The notes beneath the pieces were generated by a model. It was not told where the DNA came from. It saw only the letters and a program-made list of their open reading frames with translations, and searched no databases. From positions 111,848,001 to 111,912,000 of the forward strand of contig NC_091477.1 in NCBI RefSeq assembly GCF_036971445.1: a stretch of 64,000 nucleotides of DNA. Reading direction: 5' to 3'. Of the stretch, positions 13,576 through 25,900 are shown one piece after another. The position numbers and the translations under genes were made by a program. The stretch's first letter is position 1. Every line of letters begins with the position of its first letter. Source of the stretch: Narcine bancroftii (Eukaryota).

Positions 13576-13949
13576 GTAGGTCAAGAGAGTCTGTATCTTT
13601 AAGGGGTGTGTTGAGCTGTTGAATACATGGTCAGAAAAATATAACTTCAACTCATCAGCTATTCATTCATCTTTTGATGCAGGTCAGAACTGCTGTATAG
13701 ATCTGAAGATGTTTTGTGATTGCTGAATGTTATGAGGTTGTATTAGAAGCAAACCACTCAATAAGTCCCTGCACAGCAATTTTTCTGGCCATGTTCTATT
13801 ATGAACAGGCTCGAGTATTTCCTCAGCGTGATGGAGAACAAAAGGAAGAGTTACTAACCTCCAGGCCACAACTGCATGTCAGTAGTGTGTGGCAAAACAG
13901 TATTATCCCAAGTCAAATTTTGCCTCATATCACCCAGCTCCACTCAAAA

Positions 13950-14185
13950 GTAGTCAAGTTTATTCTAATCTGATTGTACAAGTAAAACTCAATGAAACAG
14001 CATTCTCCGGTCCTCAGTGCAAAACATGCAGACGCACAACCCAACATAACACACATACAAACAATACATATGCAGATACATATACAAATAAATAAATAAT
14101 GTTTCATGAATATGAGAGTCTTGGATGGTTAAGTGTGAGCAGATCCTTTGGTCGTTCAGCGTTCTCACTGCCCGTGGAAAGAAGA
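13950..14185 (-). mobile_element. LINE (Rex1-like) 3' end
   Basis: The reverse strand reads ttctttccacgggcagtgagaacgctgaac...aataaacttgact, a typical LINE terminus. Confidence 0.55.
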
Positions 14186-14974
14186 AGTGGATAGGAAGAA
14201 CAAAAAGAAAATGGAAAACACTTAATAAGCGGAGTCAAAAATAAGACAAAATAGAAAAAAAACATTGCACATTTTTATATAATGTTTCTGAGTTCAAACT
14301 ACATTCTGTCCTAACATGAAGAATGAGAGCACTCTTAAGCTAATTTCTCAGCCAATGTTCCCATTTTTTTCTGAAACCAACTGTAGGGTTCATTGCCCAG
14401 CAGAAGCCAGCTGGCTCATGTAGACCTGAGGTCAAATCTACAGCATTGCCTAACAACATGGCTCAGCTCCCCACTGAAGAGTGGACTCATTTTAAACAAC
14501 TGAAATCAAACTGTTTTCCATTGGATTACAATGAAGCATGCACCTTCTTTGGAGCCAGCAGTTTCTTAATTTGCATGGCCATCCGTGGGCAAGGATAACG
14601 TACAACACTTCCTTCGAATCAACTACTGCTTTCCCTGCATCCAAAGACCTGCCGCATCTGCTATCCTTCCAAAGTCAGTCCTATCCTCTGATCACTGCCC
14701 CTTACAATAATCAGTTGGAAGTCATCAGTAATCATTTGGCTGTTGGCTCATGTGTCACTTCCACCTGCAATAATTCAAAATATTCAGCAACAGGAGTTAT
14801 ACAAGTTATACCAATTGACAAATACATCAAGGCAAAACCCAGAATAATATATCAGACGACAGGTTTAGTTTCGTACCTCATCTAAGAGCATGCGAATTCT
14901 AAGGCAGTGCCCTCGGATATACAAGTCCAGGAAAACCCTCATTATCTGGGATTCAAGAACTGGCAGCCTCAAGC

Positions 14975-16467
14975 ATCTAGTGTCACCGAAAATGTCCTCC
15001 CAGAATCACAGTGCGGCTTTCGTGCAAACAGAGGAACTACTGACATGGTCTTTGCCCTCAGACAGCTCCAAAAAGTGCAGAGAAGAAAACAAAGGACTCT
15101 ACATCACCTTTGTTGATCTCACCAAAGCCTTTGACACTGTGAGCAGGAAAGGGCTTTGGCAAATACTAGAGTGCCTCGGATGCCCCCCAAAGTTCCTCAA
15201 CATGGTTATCCAACTGCACGAAAACCAACAAGGTCGGGTCAGATACAGCAATGAGCTCTCCGAACCCTTCTCCATTAACAACGGCGTGAAGCAAGGCTGC
15301 GTCCTCGCACCAACCCTCTTTACTATCTTCTTCAGCATGATGCTGAAAAAAGCCATGAAAGACCTCAACAATGAAGATGGTTTTTACATCCGGTACCGCA
15401 CGGATGGCAGTCTCTTCAATCTGAGGCGCCTGCAAGCTCCCACCAAGACACAAGAGCAACTTGTCTGTGAACTACTCTTTGCAGACGATGCCGCTTTAGT
15501 TGCCCATTCAGAGCCAGCTCTCCAGCGCACGACGTCCTGTTTTGCGGAAACTGCCAAAATGTTTGGCCTGGAAGTCAGCCTGAAGAAAACTGAGGTCCTC
15601 CATCAGCCAGCTCCCCACCATGACCACCAGCCCCCCCACATCTCCATCGGGCACACAGAACTCAACACGGTCAACCAGTTTACCTACCTCGGCTGCACCA
15701 TTTCATCTGATGCAAGGATCGACAAAGAGATAGACAACAGACTCGCCAAGGCAAATAGCGCCTTTGGAAGACTACATAAAAGAGTCTGGAAAAACAACCA
15801 CCTGAAGAAACGCGCAAAGATCAGCGTGTACAGAGCCGTTGTCATACCCACACTCCTGTTCGGCTCCGAATCATGGGTCCTCCACCAGCATCACCTTCGG
15901 CTCCTAGAACGCTTCCATCAGCGTTGTCTCCGCTCCATCTTCAACATTCATTGGAATGACTTCATCACCAACATCGAAGTACTCAAGCTGGCAGAGTCCG
16001 CAAGCATCGAATCCATGCTGCTGAAGGCCCAACTGCACTGGGTGGGTCACGTCTCCAGAATGGAGGACCATCGCCTTCCCAAGATCGTGTTGTATGGGGA
16101 GCTCTCCACTGGCCACCGAGACAGAGGTGCACCAAAGAAGAGGTACAAGGACTGCTTAAAGAAACCTCTTGGTGCCTGCCACATTGACCACCGCCAGTGG
16201 GCTGATATTGCCTCCAACCGCGCATCTTGACGCCTCACAGTTCGGCGGGCAGCAACCTCCTTTGAAGAAGACCACAGAGCCCACCTCACTGACAAAAGAC
16301 AAAGGAGGAAAAACCCAACACCCAACCCCAACCCACCAATTTTCCCTTGCAACCGCTACAACCGTGCCTGCCTGTCCTGCATTGGACTTGTCAGTCACCA
16401 ACGAGCCTGCAGCAGACGTGGACATTACCCCTCCATAAATCTTCGTCCGCGAAGCCAAGCCAAAGAA
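14975..16467 (+). mobile_element. RTE-clade LINE, 5'-truncated, with a nearly intact RT domain
   Basis: ENVLPESQCGFRANRGTTDM, frameshift near 15070, then FVDLTKAFDTV, GVKQGCVLAP, LLFADD and FTYLG. Premature TGA at 16228-16230. Tail gcgaagccaagccaaagaa. Confidence 0.93.
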
Positions 16468-17171
16468 TTCAAAATAATGTCTTTTTATCACCATCTTGAT
16501 TATACTTTAATCATTGAAATACTTCAGATATTCATCCTCTTGTCAGGTGACTATTTTGGAAGCATCATATTGGCCGCCTGCCAGCAGTTAAATAATAACT
16601 AAGATTGACCAATACTCCATCCTTCAGCACCACAGAGTGCTCGGCGGGAATAAGTGTGATCTCTGTCCCACAATCACCCTTTCTCAGTCAGGCTGATGAA
16701 TGAGGCAAGAATTATTCAGAAGCCACAGGTTTGCCTGTAAGCAAGGAATATTCAAAATATTATGATGCTATATTTCACTTGGTACATGAATTCTCATGCT
16801 AGAACAATTCTAGGACTTCTATTGCATTAACCTTTTATGACAGGTCAAACCAAAACATTGGGACATTTTGCACTGGTTAAACTCAAAATGAATTTTTTTT
16901 AAAAAATGATAGTTTCTGCAAATGAAAAACAAAACCAGAAAATGCTGCCTTTGTTCTGGCTGATTTAACATGGCTTCAGCACCATAACCCCCTGAGATCA
17001 AAATGTTTGTATGTTTTCAATCCTTACTTGGCTTTATTCCTCTTGATCTCTGATATCAATGCATTTTTTACAACCCTCTCCAGATCGCCTTGCTTCTTGA
17101 AGTTGTGGCTGTTGAACATTCTTGCTCACCATTAATTGCCAATACCCTAAGCCCTGGAATTTTCTCTCTAA

Positions 17172-17173
<2 letters not shown>

Positions 17174-17236
<63 letters not shown>
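17174..17236. repeat. (CT)n microsatellite
   Basis: About 30 uninterrupted CT units. Confidence 0.97.
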
Positions 17237-17238
<2 letters not shown>

Positions 17239-17436
17239 CCCACCCCTCCCTTCTCCTTTGAGATGCTTCTGAAAACCTAAACATGTGAACAGTTTTTCCC
17301 TAGTGGTACTACATCTCCTTTTACAGCCGAAAAAAAATTTTTTTTTGATAACACCCTGTGAAAGCGTGTGGGACATTTTCCTCTGTTCAAGACATTTTAT
17401 AAGTTTTTGTTTTGTACTGTTATTGTTTGCTTCCAG

Positions 17437-17550
17437 GTGTACATTGCGACCTGTACAATGACCCATGTGCCAATGTCAGCTGTCAGAATGGAGGCACCTG
17501 CATTAACAAGGAGCTCAATGTGTCCTGTATTTGTGCACCCGGATTTTCAG
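17437..17550 (+). CDS. DNER: DNER coding exon (114 nt, EGF repeat) with GC splice donor
   Basis: ttccag acceptor. Translates GVHCDLYNDPCANVSCQNGGTCINKELNVSCICAPGFSG and is followed by gcaagt. Confidence 0.93.
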
Positions 17551-17849
17551 GCAAGTAGCTCCAAATAGTAGAAATACTCGCTCAAGGACCACATTGTTCA
17601 TCTTTGCAAATGATTTGCTAAGAAAATCCATCTCACAAAAAAAAACACTTTCAACTTTGCAAAGTCACTCTTCCCAATTCACATCACACACTGGATAATA
17701 GATAACATAAGTCACTATGTCTTGTAACTGGTAAAATGATGAACAAAGCAAAAGCGCGGCTGCAAGAGGTTGAACAAAACATCTGTACAGTACTGAGGTT
17801 TAAGTACGAGTGCTCAGTAGACAATTAATTAGTAAGGATAAGATCCCAG

Positions 17850-18442
17850 TGAAACACAAAAGTCGGCATACGCTGTGATTATTGTAGAAACACACCGAAC
17901 TGTTGGAGGAACTCAACCAATCTTTTCAGCATCTATAAGAAACAAAAATATGTTGCCAACGTTTTGGGTCTGAGCCCTTCTCCAAGGAATAAGCAGAATA
18001 AGCCAGAAGCAGGAAATCTCAGAACGTCTCAGAATTCAAACAATGGGGGAGGAATCCAGGCCAACAAAAGGGACAAAGTTAGAATATATGTTTGTGCTCA
18101 AGGAGATGGAATGGAGAGACAGATAGGGAAAGGTGATGGAGGAAGAAGGGAGAGGGGTTTAATGAAAGCCAGAGAAGTTGATATTAATGTCAACAGGTTG
18201 GAGGATGTCCAGTTGGCATCAGAGGGTGGAGAGAGAGGGGCCCACGTGCTCCCAGAGCCAGGGTGGGAGTGGGCACCCTCCAACTGGATGGCATTAATAT
18301 TGATTTGTTTGGCTTTGTTAAACACCCCCCCCCCCCCATCGCCTTCCTCTAGCTCGTCTCTCCTGAAGCCAACAACATTAGCAATATATCTTTGTCTTCT
18401 ATAGATGCTGAGAAGATGCTGAGTTCCTGCTGCATTTTGATT
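17850..18442. mobile_element. Penelope-like non-coding repeat with inverted ends
   Basis: ggaggaactca...cagcatctata at the left is mirrored by tatagatgctg...ctgagttcct at the right. Same family at about 30487, 35340, 37150, 39880, 54830, 55930, 59455, 61430 and 62300. Confidence 0.6.
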
Positions 18443-18899
18443 TTAAGGATAAGATCCCACATTCTTTACAAAGCGCCCATTCCAAATTTCTTATGGCTTC
18501 CTTTTGGCTACCAGCCTTTCCACATCAATTCCACCTTCTTTATAGTAAAATAAGTGCTACATAAAGCATTTTGTGGAAGACAGGCAGAGGGGTCAGGAGA
18601 GAGAAAGATGGAGTGTCTCATGTAAGTTAATAAAAATAACTTATCTTGGTGAATTTCTATTGCTACTGGGTTTTGGAGTCCTCTGGGCTTGTAACATGGA
18701 CATTCTCTGAACTAACTTCAATCTAAACATAGTCCTCCTAAGTAAGATTCTTTTTTTATATTTCATCATCTTTGCAATAAAGTTCCATTTACCTTCCTAT
18801 TCATGCCACCTTTATGTTTCATGTAGAAGGACACCCAGAATGGTCTCCATTTCCAAGCATTACATCCTCCAAGAACTCTAATAAATGAGTCAAATACCA

Positions 18900-19520
18900 T
18901 TTTCCTTTCTTTATACTATGTTGATTGAACTGTCATTTTCTAAGTATTCTGCCTTTGCTTCATTATTAAGTTTTGCAATGCCAGATGTGGGGTTAACAGG
19001 TCAACAGCATCCTCATTCTGTCTCCCTCCTTTTTTGGAAAGAATATGTTACATTTGGGTTTTTCCAATTGTTTTGGGACCATTTCAGAGTCTGAGGAATT
19101 TTGAAAGATCACAGACAATGGCTGCAGCCATTTCCACCACAGCATCGGAGGACATCGAGCCCAAGGGAATTGTTGTTTTTAGTCACATTCATTTGCCTTG
19201 TAGTTTTTCTTTAATGATTGTAATTGCTGTACTCTTTTGGCCCACAGATTTTCAGTGATTATTGCAATGCTTTTAGTATCTTTTACTCTAAAGACAAGGC
19301 CATTTCATTATTTCCCATTATTAATTCTCCAATGTCAATCTCCAAGAAGCCAATGTTTAGCTTTGCTTCTCTATTTTTATTTACTCTGACTGACAGATTT
19401 TATGCATTTCTAGCTCTCTTGCTTTCATCATCTGTTTTGCTTCACTTTATTATTTTACGCATTGTTTTTTTTTCTATAATTTTCCCAATCTATACTACTA
19501 ATCTACAAATCATCTTTGGC
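18900..19520 (-). mobile_element. Old CR1 LINE fragment
   Basis: Degenerate reverse ORF2 sequence, e.g. gccatttcattatttcccattattaattctcc, resembling the large CR1 near 25390-25440. Confidence 0.55.
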
Positions 19521-19539
19521 GGGGTGAAACTTGAAATTC

Positions 19540-20035
19540 TGCAGACGCTCTGTCTGCAGATTAGTTCCCACGAGCCACTCTCCAGCAGCCCGCAGATCGT
19601 GTGGGTCCTTTGACTGCAAGTCGGCAACAGCCCGCAGCTGAACGTGGGTCCTTCATCCACTGATCCACTGCTGTGGGCATCTTCCCTGTTGGGGCATCTC
19701 CCTTGTTTCTCCTTCTCAATAGGGTGTGGAGGGGGGTGTTCCCTGTTTCTGGTGCTCTTTGCCAGTCTGCTGCTTTCCTAGAGACTGCAACCTCTTGTGG
19801 TAAGCTGCCCAGCACAGATGCCACCATCTTGGCCACAGACCTCCATGGTTGCAGGATTTTTTTAAAAAAACACATCTTTGGCTCCTTTAACAGGCCATTT
19901 AAAGACTGTATGGAGGTATCAGGATCAGGCAGTAGGACCCTGGGGAGTAGCACTGTGTCTCTGTTCCCTGCTCTCCCCAGGTTCACACCAGCAGCAGTGC
20001 TACCTTTGCAACAGCTCCGGCAGTGCTGGCTTTTT
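19540..20035 (-). mobile_element. Non-autonomous family X, copy B (partial)
   Basis: gccaccatcttggc, ggttgcaggatttt and ggctcctttaacaggccatttaaa, as in copy A. Confidence 0.8.
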
Positions 20036-20684
20036 TCATACTATTTATATCTCACTATTGTTCTGTCCCAAATACACCAATGAATGTGACCTCAAGATTA
20101 TATAATGTTCATAGATTTTCTTCAAAGAATGGAAAAGGGCAGATTTTCCTACTTGATACCTTCCTCTCACGAATCAAGGTTGTAAGGTCAATTGGACAGG
20201 CACACGTGGAGGAAAAGGTTAGAGAGATGTGAGCAAACAGAACGAGCTGAGGAAGCAATGTTAGTTGGTACAGGCAGGTTGGGCCAAGGACCCTAGTTAT
20301 TATGCTGTATCAATCTGTGACCCTTGGCACCAAGCACAGATTCCAAAATCCACCTGGGACTTAAGCAGAAGGTAATCATGGTGAACGTACTTGGAAGGTT
20401 ATTACTAAAGCAAGAAACAATTTACTTTCTAACAAGGTTGTGTTATGCTTTGTTCAGCCTAATTCACCTGGAAAAGGGTGAACCTTGGAAACTAGTGCAG
20501 GAATTTCAAAAGTAAATTAAACAACAGCAAATTGAGTTTTCAGAAATTATCACCCATCTTTATCCACATTGCTGGGATGGATTGTACATTTCCACTAAGG
20601 ATGCTCATTAGTAAACTTTACAGCCTTTTAAATGTATATTTGATGTATCAAGCAACATTTGAAAAGCTTAAAAATTATAATTTA

Positions 20685-20965
20685 GACCATAAGTCAAAGG
20701 AGCAGAAATAGGCTATTCAGCCCATCGAGACTGCCACCATTTAATCACGAGCTGATCCATTTTCCCACTCAGCCCCACTGCCTGGCCTTCTCCCTATAAC
20801 CTTTGATATCCTGGCTAATCAAGAAGCTATCAATCCTTGCCTTAATTAGAGCTAATGACCTGGCCTCCACAACCACCTATGGCAACAAACTTCACAGATT
20901 TACCACCCACTGGCAAAATAAATTCCTCCTCGCCTCCATTCTAAGCAGACACCCTTCAATCCTGA
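20685..20965 (-). mobile_element. CR1 LINE 3' end
   Basis: gaccataag...ggagcagaaataggctattcagcccatcgag reverse 3' UTR. Confidence 0.75.
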
Positions 20966-21789
20966 ACTGGAATGAACCTAGGAAGTGACAGACCTAGATT
21001 CTATAATCAGCAAATTATTCTACATTAGTCTTTAAATTAATTTGAGTTATTTAAAATTAAATGGTGAACCAGACTGAGTTAAAACATTTGATATGATGAA
21101 ATGGTTTTCAATCAAAACAGATTTTATCACTTTTTAGTTGTGAATGCAAAATTACAAGAATTGTAATACTGACAAGCATGCTGGGACAGCTGCTTTTCCA
21201 ACAAGAAAGTCATGGTATTAATATATTTATAAGGAGCCTCTTCTCACCCAACTTTTATAAATCTATGATCAGATCTCTTCACACTTCGCAGAAACATAGG
21301 AAGGAAAACCACTCTGGCAATGAGCAGGATTTGTTGCGCAATATGAGATACTCCTGACTAAATGGAAACTCTCGGCTGTGAGATTTGCATCATTTGCATT
21401 GTGGGTCAGACTTAATAACATGGTATCTGCATGACTTGCTACTCTTTAGTTCCATGAAGCAAATATGTAGATAGAGGAACCCAGATGGCTGGAGTGTGCT
21501 TCAGGTGCCAGGAAGTATGGGCCCAATGAAGAGAATGATACACTATAGTTAGCCAATTAATTGCTGGTTTCTGGAGAAGATTTGTGTGTGTGGCTGCAGC
21601 GAATAATTGCTGGTGGCAAGTATTCATGTTATGTTGTGCCAATGCATGACAGCACTATCATTAACAAATTTTCTGTAGTCAGACACCTCCCATGCCCTTT
21701 CCAGATGTTCATGGTGCTTTGAATTCACCCTTGATGAAAGATAAATTTGAATACTTGTTGGATATAAGATGGAATCTATTGCAACAGCT

Positions 21790-22810
21790 ATGGTATAAAG
21801 ATCTGGTAGCACTGGAGAGGGTTCAGAATAGATTCTCCAGGTATTCACCTGGCATGAAGCATTTAGTAATGTGGAGAGACAGGAGAGGCAAGGTTAATTT
21901 TTCCCAGAGCGAAAGAGGTTAAGAGGGAACATGAATGAAGTGGTTTTAATTATGAGGGGCGTAGATATGATGGACTGCAAGAAATTTTTCACCTGATCAG
22001 AGATGAATAAAACTAGAGGGCATAAATTTGAGGGATAGTAGATTTAGATGAGATCTGAGGGGAACCTTTTCACCTAGAAGTGGCAGGAACCTGGAATGCA
22101 CTGCTGGGGAGAGTAGTGGAACCCAAGTCACTGACAGCATTTTAGAGGTGTCTCGATGAGCACTTAAATCACCTCAGCACTGAAGGTTGCAAGCCATGCT
22201 AGAGGATGGGATTAAAACAGATGGATGCTCACTGTTCAGTGAGGATGTGGTGGACTAAATGGCCCTTTTCCACACTGTCTGACCCTGTGATTCTATAAAA
22301 GGACATTCAGGATCAATAACTTTGTGGATTTAGGAAAGGGAAATCATGTTTGATTAACTGGTTCCAATTCCTTGAAGAAGGCAGATGAAACCAGTGTATA
22401 TGGTGTTTGTAGATTTTTGGGAAAATCCTTCGCATGCAGAAGGATGAGGGGTGATCTCATAAAGGGGTACAGAATTATGAGAGGAATAGATCGAGTGAAT
22501 GCAGAGAGCCTTTTGCCCGGAGTAGGAGAATCTGTAACCAGTGGTCATAGGTTTAAGGTGCGGGGGAGAGATTTAAAAGGAGGCTGAGGGGTAACTTTTT
22601 TTGTATACACAGAGGATGGTGAGTATTTGGAACAGGATGCCAGAGGAAGTGGTTGAGGAAGAAGGTCCTATTGCAATATTTAAGCAAAAATAGGATAGAA
22701 ACATGGATAGGGTGGGTTTGGAGTGATATGTGGGCAAACACAGGCAGGTTGTGGTGTGGATGGGGCATTTTGGTCAGCGTGGACAAGTTGCAACAAAGGA
22801 TCACTCTATC
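21790..22810 (+). mobile_element. Cluster of CR1 3' fragments
   Basis: ALERVQNRFSR and RRMRGDLIKGYRIMRGIDRV...TSGHRFKVRG, followed by 3' UTRs. Confidence 0.8.
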
Positions 22811-22989
22811 TTTTAGCTAACACATGGCTGATTAGTGAAAAGTTATAATGCATGGATTAGGGGTAATTAGGACTAGTGTGGATTGAGAGATAACCATAGA
22901 AAAATGTGAGGTTATCCACCAACTGAAAACTGCAGAAATGCTGTATATTTTTGTAAATGGTGAGAAAGTGGGAAACATTGGGGTAAGAG

Positions 22990-25900
22990 TGACAGGGTTA
23001 ATTGGTCAAGAGCCAATAAAAAGAGGGTAAGGCAAAGAAGCGGCCAGCGAGGAGCAGCCAAGCGAGTGAGTGGCGCAGTGAGTGGCGCAGTGAGTGGGTG
23101 GCCTGGTGAAGGAGTGGGGCTTTGAGGCTTCGGTGAGCAGAGGCTGAGGAGAGCAACTGCTGCAACCAAGGTAAGGGGAGAAGGTAAGTCTAGTCAAGGG
23201 TATTATTCTACAAGCTAATTGAGTCAGCTAGGGTGGTAGATTGTTCCAGCTGTGAGATGTGGGAGATCTGGAAAGGTATACTTGTCCCAGACAACCACAT
23301 CTGCAGGAAGTGCATTCAGCTCCGGCTCCTTACTGACCGAGTTCAGCAACTGGAGTGGGAATTGAATGAACTGCGGGTTATTCAGGAGGCTGATGCAGTC
23401 ATAGAGAGAAATTACAGAGAGGTAGTCACCCCACATAGGCAAGATGCAGATAGATGGGTGACTGTCAGGGGAGATGAAAGGAAGGGACCAATAATGCAGA
23501 GTACCCCTGTGGGCATTCCCACTGACAATATGCATGCTGTTTTGGATACCACTGGAGGGAATGATCTACCAGGGATGAGTCAAGGTGGCCAAGTCTCTGG
23601 CACAGAGATTGACTCCTCGGCTCAGAAAGGAAAGGCGAAGAAGAGGAGAACACTAGAAATAGAGGACTCGTTGGTTAGGAGGGCAGACAGGAAGTTGGCT
23701 GGAATGCATAAGGACTCCCGGATGGCATGTTGCCTCCCAGGTGCCAGGGTCAGGGATGTCTCAAATCATCTCAGCGGCATTTTGGAAGGGAAGGGAGAGC
23801 AGATGGATGTCATGGTCAATTTGGGTCCAATGACATAGAAAGAGGTGGAGATGAGGTCCTCAAGAGGGAATAGAGGGAACTAGGTAGAAAGTTTTAAAAA
23901 AACAAGACCTTGAGGGTGGATAATCTCCAGATTGCTGCCTGTGCCATGCGCAAGACAGGGTACAAATAGGAAGTTATGGCAGATGAATGCATGGCTAAAA
24001 TGTTGGTGTAGGGGGCAGGGCTTCAGATTCCTAGATCACTGGGATCATTTCTGGGGGAGGTCAGACCTCTATAAGAAGGATGGACTGCATTTTAACTGGA
24101 ATATCCTGGCAGGAGGGTATACTATAGCCGTTGGAGAGTGTTTAAACTAGCTTTGCAGGTGGAGGGAAATCATAATGAGAGCAAAGAAAAGAGGATAGCA
24201 GCGAGTCAGGGAGTTACATCAGAGAAAGGAATTAATAGAAAAGAATTGGTCAAAAACAACATAAAGGAAAGGTAGATGAGCAGACAGGAGAAAGAGCTGT
24301 TCAACAGGATTACAGCTCATGCGTTATTGATAACAGACTTATGGACACTATACTTAAATGCACATAGCATCAGAAATAAGGTGGATGACCTGGTTGCTCA
24401 GATTCAACTAAAAAGGTATGACATTGTAGCCATTACTGAAACGTGGCTCAATGAGGTGTGTAATTGGAGCTCAATATCCAAGGATACACAGCCTATAGGA
24501 AAGATAGGCAGGAGAGTTGAGGTGGAGGGGAGGCTCTGATGATGTAATGATATTAAATCAATAGAAAGAAGGGACAGAAGGTCTAAAGTGGTAGAATCGG
24601 TATGGGTTGAATTAAGAAATGCCAAGGGTAAAAAGATTATATGAGCAGTTATTTACAGGCCCCCAAACAGCAGCCAGGAAGAGGACTATGAGATACAGTT
24701 AGACATACAAAGAGTATGGCGCAAGGATAATATCAAATTAATTATGGGAAATATTAATATGGCATGAAATTGCAAAGGCCAGGAATTTACTGGATCACAG
24801 GAGTGTGAGTTTGTAGAAAACCTAACAGATGGATTTTTTGAACAGCTTGTTGAGAAGCCCACCAGGTGATTCACAGATCTGGATTGAGTCATGTGCAATG
24901 AACCTGAGATCATTATGGAGTTAAAGGACTTAGACCCTCTAGGAAGCAATGACCACAATATGGTCGAATTCAATTTCAAATTTGAAAAGGAGAAAGGTTA
25001 TCGGATGTATCAATTTTTCAGTGGAATAAAGAAAATTATAGTGGTATGAGGAAAGAACTGGACCAAGTCAACTGGAATAGCAAACTAGTAGGAGGAACAG
25101 AGCAATGGTACCATCCTAGAAAAAGGAAAATAGTCAAAGGCAAGATGGTACCAATGTGGCTAACAAAAGAAGTTAAGGCCAAGATAAAAGCAAAGAAAGA
25201 AGCTAAAACTGGTGGGAAATCAGAGGACTGGGATTCCTTTAGAAACTTACAGAAAGAAATAAAGTCATAAGGAAAGAAAAGATGAGTTATGAAAGGAGAT
25301 TGGCAAACAATATTAAAAAAAAATACTAAAAGTTTTAAAAAATATATAAACAATAAAAGAGAGACGTGTTGTCATAGGACCGATAGAAATGACGCTGGGG
25401 AAATTATAATGGGTTACAAAAATATGGCAGAAGAATTAAATCAATATTTTACATGGAAGGCTTAAGTAATATCCCTGACAGACAAAAGCTTAAGGGAGTA
25501 GAGTTGGATACAGTTAAGATTACTAGGGAAATTGTGCTAGGTAAATTGAATGGATTATAGACAGATAAATCTCCCGGACCAGATGAAGTACACCAGCAGG
25601 TTTTGAAAGAGGTGGCCTTGGAAATTGTAGATCCATTGGTGACCATCTTCCAGAAATCATTAGTCTCTGATATGATTCCAGGGGATTGGTTGGTTGTGAA
25701 TGTGGTTCCATTGTACAAGAAAGGTGGGAGGTAGGAAAAAGGGAACTAAAGACCTATAATTCTGACATTGGTGGTGGGGAAGATATTAGAGTCAATCCTC
25801 AAGGATGAAGTTATGAAATACCTGGAAATGCATGACAGGATTGGTCCTAGTCAGCATGGTTTTTTAAAGGGTAGATCATGCCTGACTAACTTATTAGAGT

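Noticed and set aside
14890-16230. 446-aa ORF as a host gene or a retron/defence-type RT
   Set aside because: It is a truncated, frameshifted RTE LINE RT with a premature stop and matching 3' tails elsewhere in the window.
17034-17466. ER-repeat and LS-repeat ORFs
   Set aside because: Translations of the (CT)n microsatellite.
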